From assembly GCA_023515725.1 (NCBI GenBank), contig JALDTO010000206.1, positions 201,952 through 265,951 of the forward strand: 64,000 nucleotides of DNA. Direction: 5' to 3'. This document shows, piece after piece, positions 1-14,816 of this stretch. The first letter of the stretch is position 1, and each line of letters begins with the position of its first letter. The notes beneath the pieces are model-generated. The model did no database searches. It saw nothing but the letters and a program-made list of their open reading frames with translations, and was not told where the DNA came from. The DNA comes from Amoeboaphelidium protococcarum X5. Lineage: Eukaryota; Fungi; Aphelidiomycota. The position numbers and the translations under genes were made by a program.

Positions 1-879
1 GAGAGTCCAGTAAACCATTCTACATTAGATCGCATATTTTAATGGAGATTTTATCTTTAAAATACTAAATAGATACTAACATATCCAAAACGGTTCAGTT
101 GCAGACAGATCAGTCCTCCACTTAAATTCACCACTGTCTTGCTTGATTAAAAGAGACGGCATAGATACTTCTGCCTACTTTTTATTACGCGTCATTCCGT
201 GCGATATACTACAATTACAACAGGTGAAAAGATTTGATTAATTAGTATGGAAAAGATTGATGCTCACCTCCATTCTACGGCTTCGTTGATATTATGAAAT
301 TTAGATGGGCGCGTTTGGATGTAAGACTTCATGTATCTGATGGCATCTAAAGCGGTTCCTTCCACCACATCAATCATCACTATTCCAATGACATTGCGCC
401 AGCCTGACTGCAAGGCAACTTGTACCATCACAGGTGCACCCATACTACAACAATAAATTCGTGTGTTTAAGTTTGATTAACACAACTGAAGGAACATGCA
501 GTTACCTGTGACCAACCAGAATCACATCATACTGCTTCATCTACTCGGGGGAGTAAACAGCTGAAACAATAGCAATGGCATCATCTGTCAACTGTTATAA
601 CTCCAATGGGCCAGAATTAACAGAGTCTCCATGCCCGCGAGCATCAAAACAGAAAACTTCACCGTAACTCAAATTGTTCATTAGTGCAAGAGACATCGTG
701 GCGAACGACAGCGCGGATGATCCAGCGCCATGATGGCATATAAATAAAGGTACACGCTCTCCCTCTTTTAACTACTGTGCAGGAGGTTTCGTATTAACAT
801 AACATTTAAATTGATCTCCGCCATCATTTCCAGTTGCTACTGTTAATTGTTTAGTAAAATACTTATCCACATCACTCAT
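1..879 (-). CDS. PPE1: Protein phosphatase methylesterase 1 (alpha/beta hydrolase); 3' end runs off the window; intron 445-505
   Basis: Table-6 translation MSDVDKYFTKQ...LFICHHGAGSSALSF...FDARGHG. The nucleophile motif GHSMG forms only after removing the GTAAC..TGTAG intron. Confidence 0.85.
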
Positions 880-989
880 AATGAATTAAAAGTGTCTTTA
901 AAGAGGGCAGGAGTGCGACTATAAACAAATCAAAGAAGTTCATCTATGATAAAAAAAGAGTCAAAGACTGAATAAATAAAATAAAACAA

Positions 990-1994
990 TCACGACTTTT
1001 TAGGCATACATTCACCATCTTCAAGCCGGCGGATAATGACACAATCAGAAAGTTAGTTCTCAATATCGCCATGCTCGTACATGTAGGAGCAAGCTATGGC
1101 AAGCTACTTTCCATCACTACTAAAACTCAAACTAGCTATAGAGTTGGTGAACTAAAACTACTTGATTCGCTTTCTCTTGGCCCCATCCCAAACAGATACA
1201 TTATGATCAGATCCACCAGTGAGAAATGTACCATATTTCGGATGGAAAGTGAGAGCATTCACCGGGTATATGGTTTCGGTACCATCAGCCTTTACGCGGT
1301 GACAACGAAACGCGTACTTTTTAGCCTGAGTCTCCGCATCTGTACCGATAAGGTCTACCGCCACTCTGCCTTCTATAGATGAAGTGACATAGCATTGAGC
1401 ATCCGGACTGAGACATACACATCTAGTTTGATGTTTGAGAGAGGATTCGCGTTTCTAAATAGGTTTTAAATCATCCAAATCGTCCAGTTATCGACCAGTC
1501 ATAAAACAGGACAAATCAAAGATCCATATGGCGCGATCACTCATGGCCACCACCAAAATATGCTTTTATAATGACATTGAATACACTTTACCTGGAAGCT
1601 ATATACTCTTCTAGCCACCAGTCTTTAAAGAGTAAAGTATCAGCGTCTTGTCCCAACTACCGGAAATGACGATCTGAGCCATGCTGAAAAATTCCACACA
1701 TTTCACACCATCCTTATGCTAGTAAAGCTCTACGTTATTCCCAGACATAAAATCATACTTGTAAACTCCACCATCTAAACATGCAGCAATAATCTCAGTC
1801 TCTACGTCAGTGCATGAGACATCCAGAACAGAAATTTGAAAATCAAAAGTCTTGGGCTTCTCACACACATCTTGGTAATATTTCACCTTGCCATCCCAAC
1901 TAGAACTTATCAATGAATCAGAATTTTAATTAAATCGTACTCTAGTAATCCCATCACTATGAGTATCTTTCAACTAAAACTATTACTGGCTCAT
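990..1994 (-). CDS. BUB3: Mitotic checkpoint WD40 protein Bub3 (334 aa, intronless)
   Basis: Open from ATG 1994 to TGA 990 when TAA/TAG=Gln. Motifs SSIEGRVAV, KYAFRCHR, IYPVNALTFHP, WDGAKRKRIK. Confidence 0.9.
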
Positions 1995-2169
1995 ATTGCC
2001 AGAAGGTTGTAATACAAAAGCAAACAAGAATTTAGTTCCAAATGATAAAAAGACAAAAAGAAGCGTGCTACGTGTCTCGTTTCAAAAGGAAGTGATCGCG
2101 TAAATGCAGCTGTTTTAAAATAATTCACCTACTCATCTATCTATCCGGCAAAAATATCTATTCGCCGTT

Positions 2170-2766
2170 TCACTCTTTCATTTGCAAATCTTCGCCGTTA
2201 ATAGTCTTTGACGCGTCCTTCTATTTCTTTAAAGTGATCGTCTTGATAATATCAATGCATTGATAATCGCCATTCCATCCCTGGAGCACTGTAACATTCT
2301 TGGCATTAGTCAGATCTGGCATTACAAAGCCAGCATTTTCATATTCATTCACATCTTTCTATCGCATCATTTCAAGAAGGGTTAGACGCGGTGGCTTTGA
2401 CCTTCTAACACTTCCATGCACTCTTGACTGTTGCAGAGACTCGATCTCGCCATCATTTCTCTCAATGTACAGCTGAATTAGAGAATGGCATTACTGCACT
2501 GACAGTGACTGTTACTACAACTTTCCCAATTCTTTCCTAAACCACTTCCATTTCTCTACGATGGGCAAAATCTTCTCATCTTTGTGCTGCTTCTTCACCG
2601 AGTTGATCCTCTTTACACGCGCCTATACACGATTAATCTGGGCAGCTTTACGCGAAAATGGATGGATCTTATCACCTTTGATATCTTTCAATGATTTTTT
2701 ACTGTTATTAGGCTACAAATGATATAAAAATATATAATTCATATGTAAATATGCAGATCTTACCAT
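2170..2766 (-). CDS. TMA16: Translation machinery-associated protein 16; first coding exon is only ATG, intron 2713-2763
   Basis: KIHPFSRKAAQINR N-terminal motif; C-terminal GFVMPDL...WNGD. Confidence 0.75.
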
Positions 2767-2855
2767 GTTGACAATTTTTTACCTTGTTTTCTTTTATCAG
2801 ATTGAAAACACAGGGATCCTTAAAAACGCCATTAAAAAGTAAGAATTAACAAATC

Positions 2856-3623
2856 ATGGGACTGCTCACTATCCTAAGGAAAATCAAGTAGAAGGAACGT
2901 GAAATGAGGATCCTCGTTGTAGGATTAGACAACGCTGGGAAGAGTACAATTTTATACAGTTTTGAATAGCTTCAAACTACCACTGAACCTGCTCAAAAGT
3001 GTGATGAAGTCGCTGACATGATTGGTAATCTGAATCTTGATCACGCAAAGATATCTCCGACTGTTGGATTTTAGATCAAATCGTTCCTACACAAGGCTGG
3101 CTATCTATTAACGATATGGGATATAGGTGGCTAGAGGAGTATACGTCCTTATTGGCGAAATCATTATGCTCAGACAGACGCTTTGGTATTTGTCATTGAT
3201 GGAACGGACCGCGAGCGATTGTTGCCCGACAATAATGAGAACGTTGTTAACGCCGGTGAAGATTAGGCAGTTATGTCCGTAGGTAGTACCGTTCTGGAAA
3301 CGATGCAATAAGTCTTAGGTGATGATCGTACCGGCGGCGCGTCTCTACTTATCATGGTTAATAAAAGTGATGTATCGGGAGCAATGACACCAGCATAAGT
3401 ACAACAAGCTCTTCAGTTGGATAAGTGGCTTAAAGGGAGAAATTACAAGATTGCAGCGTGTAGCGCATATACCGGGCAAGGTATAACGGAAGGTTTTGAC
3501 TGGATAGTGAAAGATGTATCCAGTCGTCTTTATCACAATCACAATCATCATCATCACGCGACCAGAGTCAGCGGCGCCTCCTCATCGCCTAATCAAAGCG
3601 AGGAACTTTCACACCAAGGTTGA
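2856..3623 (+). CDS. ARL2: Arf-like GTPase Arl2 (255 aa, with insertions and a His-rich tail)
   Basis: [31 protein letters not shown], WDIGG(TAG=Q)RSIRPYWRNH, ACSAYTG..EGFDWIVKDVSSRLY. Confidence 0.9.
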
Positions 3624-3802
3624 CATTTATGGCACCAATCAATAAAGTCTTTGAATGGAAAGAATGTAAATATAAAATTAGAAAATTACTCCTACCGTTT
3701 TTATTTCGCTCGTATTATATCAATATTAATGATGATAATGATGATGAATAGAATCAGACTAGACGCCCAACACCACCACTTTCATCATACCACCTGACAC
3801 TC

Positions 3803-4444
<642 letters not shown>

Positions 4445-4629
4445 CTATGAGAATGTATATTGTGATGATGAATGATAATAAGTGGATATAATAGTTACAT
4501 TATGCGAATCAGTCAACCAACTTAACAAAAGTTTGAATGAACAAAGTTAAAAGAAAGAACGTCGTTGTTGTTCGTCTTTGGGTGTTGACGCTCTCTTCTT
4601 TTTGATGAGCGGAGTGGAGTGTTGCGAGG

Positions 4630-4662
4630 AAGAGCGAAAGAGACAGAGAGAGAGAGAGAGAA
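4630..4662. repeat. (GA)n microsatellite upstream of ARF1
   Basis: agacagagagagagagagagaagg visible directly. Confidence 0.8.
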
Positions 4663-5084
4663 GGAACAAAACAGCGAGACGACGGAAAGCCACGACACGA
4701 CCGAGCGGCAAAAATTTTCTCTGAGGGAACGAACGAACGAAAACACACGAACGTTGTGATTTTGCGATTGAGGGACTCACCAATGTTTAAGGGTCATGTC
4801 TTCGATTCGTCACATGTATTTGACTCTTACAATCGCTGGACGGACTATTCACCTGATTATCCCATTTGATCTTTACTTACACATGGTTCTCCCTTTGAGA
4901 CACGCAATGTTTGCGTAGTAAATGAATGAATATTCAAAAGCGCGCCATCCGCTGGCTTACGTGCATTGCCTCATCCCTGATCAACACTCAACAACAATCT
5001 TAACTTCAAACGTCAGCGCGATTCTCTCATTTCTATCCTTTTATTCTGTGACCTGGCAACTAAACAAATTACTAATTGATCGGC

Positions 5085-7519
5085 ATGTAATTTGATAACA
5101 CTATAAAGAACGAGTACTTGCCTATCGACCAATATGGGTATGCTTTTAGTTGATACTACATTTTCACGATTGCTAGTCTATCAATAATCCTATTATTATC
5201 ATATGTAGTGTTATTGGCAATTTGAGAACATGTGCTTTAGTGGGCATGGATGGAAGTATCGATTTCTTGTGCTATCCCAAGTTTGATTCGTCATCGATAT
5301 TCTGTAAGATCCTGGACAAGGACAAGGGTGGTCACTTCAGTGTCAAGCCTATACATGGCGCTCAATGGTCACCTTTTGACATGCATGGCACACCGGCCAC
5401 TGAGTGCATGCAGTAGACGGATAAGAAGAGGGCTGATTATTTTGACACGAACCAAGATGGTATCAGTGATGAACCCAAGGATAATGATCTAAAATACCAA
5501 TCCACGTCATTCTCATCAAAGCAGTAGTATTTCCCTCAGACCAACATGTTGCTGACAAGGTTCCTCTCAGAGAATGCTGTAGGACAAGTGACGGATTACA
5601 TGCCTCTTCCATACTATTAATCTCAGGGTAAAAGCAGCAGTGGTGCGGTGGTACTTCCTTGGATAGCGAGGCATGTTGACGTCGTTCGTGGTAGAATCAG
5701 ATTCCGTATCGAGTGTTTCCCTGCATTTGAGTATGGCACCAAGAGTCATAAGACGTCGATAAACGCTCCAGTTACTTGTGATGGTAATGGCGATGGCTTT
5801 CGTGCACCGCATGCAGATAGCTGTAATATTAGCAACTATAATGAACTTGCAGATTAATGGACTCCATTTAGAGAAGGAACAATGTAGAACAATATTGTCC
5901 TGTTTGAGTCTGAGGATGGTGAGCAGGTTTTCGAATTGTGCGCACTGGTCAAGTATTCTGATGATGAAGATTATGATCCAGAGGTGGATGGCAAGTTTTA
6001 TGAGACTGCGCTTTGTCCCCTGCTAACTTGGAAAAAGGTTAAACGTGATGGTATGCTGGGAGAAGGTGTTGTGGGAGAGATTACTCTGTTTGAGAGATAA
6101 GAACTAATTCTGGTATTCCGTGAACACCCTCAACTGTCCAAACGTGCAGTGGAGACTCATTAAATATGTTTGAAATCTGCTGTTAATAACCCAGTTAAAT
6201 CCAAGTCTGATTAGCAAACGCGTAGTATTGACCCTTTGCTGTTTGATCCGCCATTAACAGTGGGCCTTCTAAACCAGCTCAGACATATGACACATGAATA
6301 TTGGCTAGGATGGAGTGAGAAGTGCAAGTACACGGGTAGATGGAGAGAGACGGTGCTGCGCAGTGCTTTGACTCTTAAGCTTTTGACATATGCTCCAACC
6401 GGTGCTGTTGTTGCATCACCAACATTTGGGCTACCTGAATCTGTTGGCGGTGTCAGGAACTGGGATTATCGGTTCAGTTGGGTTAGGGACTCTGCTTTCA
6501 CCATCTACGCATTCCTCAGAATTGGATTTACAGAGGAGGCTAAAGATTACTGGGATTTCATGTAGAAGCGATGCAATGACTTGAATCCGGATGGATCGCT
6601 GAGTATCATGTACACGATCGATGGTAAGAAATACATGCCAGAGAGTCAGCTTGACCATCTGGAGGGTTATCGTCAGTCAAAGCCTGTCAGAATAGGCAAT
6701 GCTGCACAAGATCACCTTCAGTTAGATATCTATGGAGAATTGATGGATGCTGCGTACTTGTACAACAAGTTTGGATCCCCAATTTCGTATGATCTATGGT
6801 GTTCACTGCGCAGACTTGTCGACTATGTGTGCGACAATTGGGATAGACCGGACAATAGTATTTGGGAGGTGAGAGGTGAGATGAAGCACTTCACCTACTC
6901 TAAAGTGATGTGCTGGGTAGCGGTAGATCGTGGCTTGAGATTGTCAGAGAAACGGATGCTTCCATGCCCGGACAGGTAGCGATGGTTCCAGACTAGGGAT
7001 AAGATTTATGAGGACATTATGGAAAAGTGTTTTGACAAGCAGAAGAAGACGTTCACACAATGTTATGAGAATAATCTACTGGACTGTGCTTGTCTCATCA
7101 TGCCTCTGGTGTTTTTCATATCCCCGTCTGATCCCAGATTTACCAGCACTCTACGTGAGATATGCAAGAGCCCCGAGAGAGGCGGACTTTTGATTAATAA
7201 CTTTGCACTGAGATATGATCCAATCAAGTCGATGGATGGTCTACCTGGGTAGGAGGGCACGTTTACAATGACAACTTTTTGGCTGGTGGAGGCTCTTACC
7301 AGGGCAGGGAAGTATCACACTCCATTCCTGCGCAAGGCTCATTTTATATTTGAACAATTGCTAAGTTATGGTAATCACCTCGGTCTATTTAGTGAAGAGA
7401 TTGCTAAATCTGGCGAACTTTTGGGTAATATGCCTTAAGCATTCTCCCACATTGCTTTAATAAGCGCCGCGTATAATCTTGATAGAACTCTGTCCGGAAA
7501 GGGCACGAACTCTAACTGA
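5085..7519 (+). CDS. Glycoside hydrolase family 15 (glucoamylase/trehalase-like); intron 5138-5208
   Basis: [69 protein letters not shown](TAA=Q)AFSH. Confidence 0.92.
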
Positions 7520-7602
7520 AATTGTAATGCTTTAAAAAGTATTTGATAATATAACTTACAACTGTAGTTTATTTATCTCAATATTTGTCTTAATTCATCA
7601 GC

Positions 7603-10600
7603 TCATAAAATGCCATTGCTGTAATACTAAAAGTTGTCGTACAACTTGGTGAACATATTATTGTAACTTGCAAGGATCATTTTATCCACATAATCTTCCA
7701 ACTGCTTTTCGGTCAATGATAACTAGAAGCGATCTTTCAGCTGCTGTAATATGACCACAGGATTACCTTGAAAGCACGGAAAGTTGGAATCTTTCATCAT
7801 CAACTCCACCAAGAGAATGATCTTGTCGGAATGCTTCCTCAGAGCATTGAATGCCTAATTCATAAGCTAACGGAATTCCTAATACATACGCGAATTAAAA
7901 CCTCCCAACAAGTCCACATATTCACTCAACAACTTGAATGGTGCACTCTCAAACTAAACGTTTCCTGGCGAGTTTCCAAACATGAAGCCAAAATCAATGT
8001 GCACAATATGACCATCATTAAGCAGAAGGATGTTACCATTATGTCGATCTTTAATATTCAAGATATAAGTGACCAAAGAGTATCCCACAAGACTTTGCAT
8101 AAACTTGCGCTGAGCATCCTTGAATGTCTGAGATGTTATTGCGCCATAGGTGTTTATGTAATGATCAAAGATTGTATACGGTTTCCCCTTCTAATACAAA
8201 CCGCCGGCATAAGCATTGCGCTTCATCGAGTGCACGGATATAGAATTTGGAATAGTTTCAATTAGACCAGTGGAATTAGATGTGATTAGTATGCCATAAA
8301 ATAGAATGTGGGCATCAACAGCTTCCTCGATCCAGATATTCTTCACCTCTTTTATCAGTTACAAAGCCAGCTATTCCTGCCTGAGATCAGCGCCAACTTT
8401 CACAATACAAGACAACAACCTCCAGTTGGGATGTTGACCATACTAAGACTGAGTTCTTACTCGATTCATTTTACTTTCCCAACTCTCTTTAAACGAGACA
8501 GCGGATGGATCATCTTTCAGATTAGCCAATGATTAAATAATCTACTCATCTGTGGTGAGAATACTCTCAGTATCAGACATTACAGCTTAAATTGAACCGC
8601 GATGATCTAATCCATTGCCACCGTCTGGACTAATCTAAGTCTGATACTATTAAAGTGCCTGTTATCGAATTTATTCCAAGTGCTGCATCTCTTGCAGAAT
8701 CTTTTCCTATATTATTTTTTAATCTGCAGGCTTAATAGGAGAATTTGGCATAGAGAGCTGGGCCAGCATAATTGCGGCAGTTCTAAGCTTCGGATAATGA
8801 TCACTTTCTGGTGTAATGTGAGCAGCAGATCGACTGGACGCCTCTGCAGCGATGCTAATACGTCTCTCCACCATCGGACTAACATTATTATCGAATCCAT
8901 TCTACAGTCTCTCTTACAACACTTCATTCCCAAAATGCAATTGTTATTCAGATTCATCATATTTAAACATGTTCTTTGATAACATTTAAACAGGACTCAT
9001 CGGGATAAGCTCTTCTTCCTACTGATCTTGCATTAAATCGCCATTAGATTAATTCTATGTAGAAGAAGAACTCAATGTGGAATGAATCAAATTTGAAGTC
9101 CTCCGACTATTAGACTTTGACTACTTTGTACTAACAATAGATAGTTCTTGCAATTCTTCAATGTCCAAATCAGCTTCGATAACTTCGACCAATATCAAGT
9201 ACGGCACTCTATCAGCACTATTCAACACAACGCCTTCATCAACGACAATTCGCACAATAGAATGATGATAAGAGCATTAGCCCTCAACATGGCAACACCA
9301 TAGAGGCAGGCACACCTTGGCTGGTAGATTGTGATTCAACAGGGCCAGCTCAGCTTTAAGAGAACTCTACCTTATCGGTTTGGGCAGTAGAAGCAGACGA
9401 TCAGCAATTGAATTCAAAGCATAGATAAACTGCAGCTCTGAATGGTAATAATGCTTAGACTAAGCCAACTTATTCCTCTACCACATATGCACCGTTGCTG
9501 ATGACTATCTTCTCTACTGAACCTTAGGCTGATGATTACTCTATTGTTCTCTGGCAACAGCCATTTAGGACTACGGTTAAGATTAAGAAAGTTAACTCTA
9601 TTGTTAAGCCTAACTCTACTATTATGCCATGCTTTAAGATGAAGTAATCACAGCAGACTCAGCGGTAAGCTCAACAACATCATTCACATTTAGCACTTCC
9701 AAATCGTCGAAACTGTTCAAATCCACTTACTTTACAGCATGTCGCGGTCTTTTCAAAGCAATTTCCGGACTACTAGAAGAATGTAAAGATGACTTTGTTC
9801 GATGCACAAACTACTTGAAAGAGAAAGCATCTCCTTAGTGCAACTCTTCCAATGATGGAGAAGACTTGACAACTTTCTATGGCTGTAAAATAGCCTTTTT
9901 CACTCGGTCTAATAAAAGCAGAGCCTTCTTTCCACTCTAGATACTATTTCGTCTAAACTGACTCTATAAATCATCTTAAGGATTTTAATCTAGTTTAGTA
10001 TAGGATGAAGACAGAATCTTTTTGCTGCCATTTTTACTCCCCGCATTCTTCCCATCGTCCTAGTTGTTACTATGATCAGATAGATTCAAATGTTGCAAAG
10101 ACTTCATTACATCAATCTGCATTTATCCCTATCTAATAGCCATTGCCAGTGCACCATGAACTTTAGCTGAATCTGCGGCAGATGCTGCCACCATACTCAT
10201 GCCAATTATCATTGAAGCAATATTCCCATTAACTTTACGAGATTATTTCCCCACACCTTTAATACTACCATTCTTTAAAACCGACAACGATTAATAAGAC
10301 TATGCTTAACGCATGTGCACTTGAGATTATTCATTATTGGTATTACCACCGGCATTGATATTAAAATTCAATTAATTGCCAGCATCATGTTCATCATCAG
10401 CATCATCATTGTGAGGAGATAGAATGGATAGACATTAAGAATGAAGTTCGTGACAAATTTACACAGCTTCTAAATTCTTCAACTCGGGAATGTAAGCATC
10501 CAAGTACCAGTACATAAGAAGGACAAAGTGGGTGGATCTATGGCAACATTCAATGAGAAAATCCTGCAATGCAATAGACTTTTACGGATAAAACAGAACC

Positions 10601-10922
10601 AAATGTCTACAAAGATTCAATGACCACGTCAATGATAATAATAGTCATTATACTTCTAGATACAAACAGAGTAATTAAACAAGCTTACAATAATTGTGGA
10701 AGTAGAAATTCAATCTCTTATACGGGAAACTCTTTCAATCTATGGCAGAGATAGAACTGCACGCCGATATTGTCAATATGCTTATAAAGACTACACTTAC
10801 TTACGCAAGCATTAATTGTACCGGAACTGATGATTCGAAACAGAGCAATATACTTACTATGAGACTGCAAGCCATGTAGAGAAGAATTATGACTAGAATA
10901 ATCGCAAAAGTAACTGAGACAT
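7603..10922 (-). CDS. PIK1: Phosphatidylinositol 4-kinase type III beta; introns 10791-10857 and 10607-10688
   Basis: N-terminal MSQLLLRLFQSQFF..IEFLLPQL. Kinase motifs VKTGGNGLDHRG, IKDRHNGN, HIDFGFM. C-terminal YDNFQYYSNGIL*. Confidence 0.9.
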
Positions 10923-11149
10923 GATACTGATATGGATACGACAAAGTTGAACCGCTTGATTTCTCTCAGTTACGGCCCGCCCGCAGAAAGAAGAAGAAGA
11001 AACGATTTTAGAACGAACGACGGACCGGAAAGTAATGCCTACTGCGATTTTGAAGGTGAATCGATCCAATCTCTAAGAGAACGCTAATCCTTTAATAAAT
11101 AACCAGAGTATATTGAATTCATATGGAGTATATTTTATAGAATGATAAT

Positions 11150-11716
11150 TCAAACCATAGATGTTTTTACACGATCCTTCTCAACGGATTCAGCCTTCAC
11201 CGCCAGCTTTGGATCAGGCAGACAGTACAGCGCGACGTGAGTATGCACCGTGAGCCAGCGCATTGCGTACAAAGCAATGGTCACAATTAAGAGCAGGGTG
11301 TTATTAGCGATAAATTGCTTAAGTACAAAGTTGTCCAGATAAGTCCAAGACACGATACTGAGCAAGTACCACGTAAAGTCGTTCTCCGACCATTGATTCA
11401 CAGGCTTGAAACTGAGGTAGACGAAGATCGCATTGCCGACCACAAAGATTGGCACTATTATGAATAAAGCAAAGATTAAGCTCTTGGATGTCCATAGAAA
11501 TGCAGTTATTAGAACGATGACAGGTGCAATTAGCAAGGAGAGGATAAGATAGCACGCCACATTGAATAGTAACATGCCGCGATATGATCCAGTGGCAAAT
11601 AGAATTAAACCACCCATTGCCATTAGACTGGCTTGCCCAAAAGCCAATAGAACAGGCCACCACACCAACAAATCGATTGTATACTCTGCAAGTAATTACG
11701 CGCCAATAAAATCCAT
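11150..11716 (-). CDS. Orphan multi-pass membrane protein (188 aa), paralog of 11976-12551
   Basis: ATG..TGA open in table 6; several hydrophobic segments; shares the GNA.F.YL, W.E.D and LSI..W.YLDN motifs with its neighbour. Confidence 0.75.
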
Positions 11717-11975
11717 TTCAAAATTGGGTAAATATGTAATTTTGCAGTAGATTCAAAAACAAAATAATCATATACAGTAATAGTGGTTCGTCGCTTACTT
11801 TAGCTCGTATTCAACCGCATGGTTAGTTTTGAATCGATTACCTGCTTATAAAGCGAAGATACTAGGTGAATGTGGTTGAAAATAAAAGAATCGAGCGTAG
11901 TTACATTAAATGTATTAAGATATACCTGTGTATATTTCCATACAGTTCATTGATTTTCAAGTACCGTTTTCAAAA

Positions 11976-12551
11976 TCAAACCACCTGCATTGTCTTCAAT
12001 GGAACCTTTTCATCGCGATCAACAATTTGGGACTTAACGTCAGGCTCAGGCAAGTTTCCGTAATCATAGAGCTTCTTGTAAACCAGTGCCCATCTGACCA
12101 CGTATAACGCGATAGCAGATGGCAGTAACAGCTACTCAGGTACAAAAGCATTTAATGTGATGTTATCCAAGTAAGACCAGGTGGCAATAGATAAAAAGAA
12201 CAGAATGTAATCGCGTTCAATCCATTTATCGACAGGCAATATGCACAAGTACGGAAATACAGCGTTACCCAAGATGAAGCACGGCGATAATAGAAGTACC
12301 ACTAGATAGCCTTAGTTCGTAACAATAAGTATGGCGACAATTACAATGAAGACGGGCGCAAATACCAAGCACATTGCCAACGATATCGAACCCAAGACCA
12401 AATTTTCGGCGCGCTTGTTCTTACCACCACTACTCAAGATGCTGTATCCATATAGCACAAGGATTACAGCTTAAATCACCGACCCTACAACGGGCCAAAC
12501 GTACATTGGGTTAATTTTGTTCCCAATAAACTCCACGCTAAGATAGTCCAT
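11976..12551 (-). CDS. Orphan multi-pass membrane protein (191 aa), paralog of 11150-11716
   Basis: MDYLSVEFIG...GNAVFPYLCILPVDKWIERDYILFFLSIATWSYLDN...IALYVVRW...LPEP. Absent from the ORF track because of Gln TAA/TAG codons. Confidence 0.75.
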
Positions 12552-12826
12552 TCCAATTTGTGTTTATAAGTGATCACTTGACTAAAGGGGAAAAACAAAA
12601 GAGGAGAATACGTTGTAAGTGAAGATGTGCGCCACGCAACTTTAAAAAATCTCCCAAGCTTCTACACGGTATAATCCCATAAATGATGCCACAGCTATGA
12701 AAAGACACAGATCAAAGACCTTTTGATACACTTTACCATTTCAATAGTGTCATGAAATCTAATCGTAATGATTTTAATTTTGAAAGACTATAGTATGGTG
12801 GATTGTTAATGGTATAAATTGTTCAC

Positions 12827-13957
12827 TCAAAATTTTATGTTAAACTTGCCTGCAGCATCTTTGACAAAAACTTGAGATTCGGTAACGATACAGTCTATCA
12901 GTTCGTGTGGTGTGACATCGAAAGCCGGATTCCAAACATTGATACTCTTTGGAGCTGTGTTTACTTGCTGCAATTCTCCATCTTCACTTAAACCAGTTAC
13001 ATGAGTAAGTTCTTTATGCGGTCTTTCTTCAATCTGAATATCAGAACCACTCTGAGTATTGAGATCGACAGTCGTTGACGGAGCCACCACCATAACCTTC
13101 ACTCCGTGATACTGCGCAGCAATAGCAAGTTGATAAGTACCAATTTTGTTTGCGGTATCGCCATTAGCAGCGATTCTATCAGCACCAACGATGATAGCGT
13201 CTATTGGACCACCAAATTTCTGCTGAGCTGTCTGAAGTAAAGAACTCACCATATTGTCACAAATTAGAGTTGGCTGAGGCAGAGAGTCAGTAACAAGTTC
13301 GTAAGCAGTCAATCGGCTACCTTAATTATAGGGACGCGTCTCTGTACAAAATACTTACTCCAAGTGGCCGAGTTCATTCAACCGCCTGATAACACCCAAC
13401 GCCGTACCATATCCACCAGTAGCTAAAGATCCTGTATTGCAGTGAGTCAAAACGCGTAATTTTCTTCCCTACTACTAACATTAAGATATCAACCAATCTG
13501 CGCCATTGCCGCCCATAGCTCTACAATCTTGGGTATCCTTCTCAAACAGATCTGTGGCAAACTTCTCCACAAATTAGATCAACTCCTAAGCATTGTTTAT
13601 GGAAAGATCAGATAACTGAACGCGTAATCTGCTGGCAGCCTCAAATAAGTTTACAGCAGTCGGTCGACTCTTGACAATGTAGTCCAAATGTTCCTTAATC
13701 TTCACAAGTAATTCAGAGGCATCCACCGCTTGATATTCCTGACGATGTACCTCAACAGCCAAGGACATCATTGCAACAATTGCAATCGCTGGCGCACCTC
13801 TAACCTTCATTGATTTGATTACATCGAACCCATCTTTTATCCCGCTCACACTAACATAGATAGATTTATGCGGCAACTGCAATTGATCTAAAATCCTCAG
13901 AGAGTGACCCGCCTAGTCATACACTATCGCTTACAACTTGTCATTGATTCCTGTCAT
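12827..13957 (-). CDS. MRI1: Methylthioribose-1-phosphate isomerase (376 aa)
   Basis: [35 protein letters not shown](TAA=Q)[31 protein letters not shown]. Confidence 0.95.
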
Positions 13958-14118
13958 TTTCTTCAGATTTGACGCGTAATATATTCGGTTTGAAGACTAA
14001 AAGAGAGCGAGAGCGGGAGAGAAACGTCCAATTGCAGCAATTGAATAAAATGTTTGTTTCTCCTGATCACAAATCTATAATACCTAATACTTTACTATTT
14101 CTGGGCAAATACTCTGTC

Positions 14119-14677
14119 ATGGTTAAGATTAGCACGTAAATTATTATCATTATATATTGTACATGTCTTTACATATAATATACATTATGATTGTAGATAG
14201 GATAACAAGATTATTGATGTTGACCAAAAGGTTGCATGTATGAGTGTCATCGTGAAAGACATGCTGACTGATTTGGGCGACGTGCCAGAGCAGCCGATCC
14301 CAATCCCCAATGTGAGCTCTGAAGTCTACCAACTGATTCTGGAATGGTGTGAGCATCATAAGAATGACACTCCACCAGCTGAAGAAGAGAATGAAGTCAA
14401 GTACAAGAATAGTGAAGACATTGCAGAGTGGGATAAGCAGTATTTGAAGAAAATTTGTCCAACTGATCAACAGAACGAGTTGCTGTTCAAAGTCATCTTG
14501 GCTGCTAATTACTTGGACATTAAACCACTGCTTGATCTTGGCTCCAAGTGCGTGGCTAATATGATCAAGGGAAAGACTGCAGAGCAGATTCGCTAAACTT
14601 TCGGTCTAGTCAACGACTTTACTCCGGAAGAGGAGGAGGCTATTCGCAGAGAGAACGCCTGGGCCGACTTTGATTGA
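14119..14677 (+). CDS. SKP1: SCF subunit Skp1; intron 14136-14196
   Basis: PIPIPNV, ILEWCEHHK, ILAANYLDIKPLLD, ANMIKGKT, NDFTPEEEEAIRRENAW. Confidence 0.96.
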
Positions 14678-14816
14678 TTGGTTTGGTAGTTGATTGGTTC
14701 CATATCTATGAAAGTTGGCAAATTGCAGTGAATTGTAAAAAAAACAAACGCGTCATAATATAGCATGAGAAATTATTCTGCATTATATATTCACAGTTTC
14801 AATCAAATCACTACTA

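Noticed and set aside
4509-4783. ORFs over the GA-repeat regions here and at 63435-63752
   Set aside because: SLSLSL-type translations of microsatellites in promoter DNA; the two regions share no homology beyond the repeat.
7768-8979. Plus-strand ORFs of 165, 74 and 99 aa
   Set aside because: Antisense shadows of PIK1.
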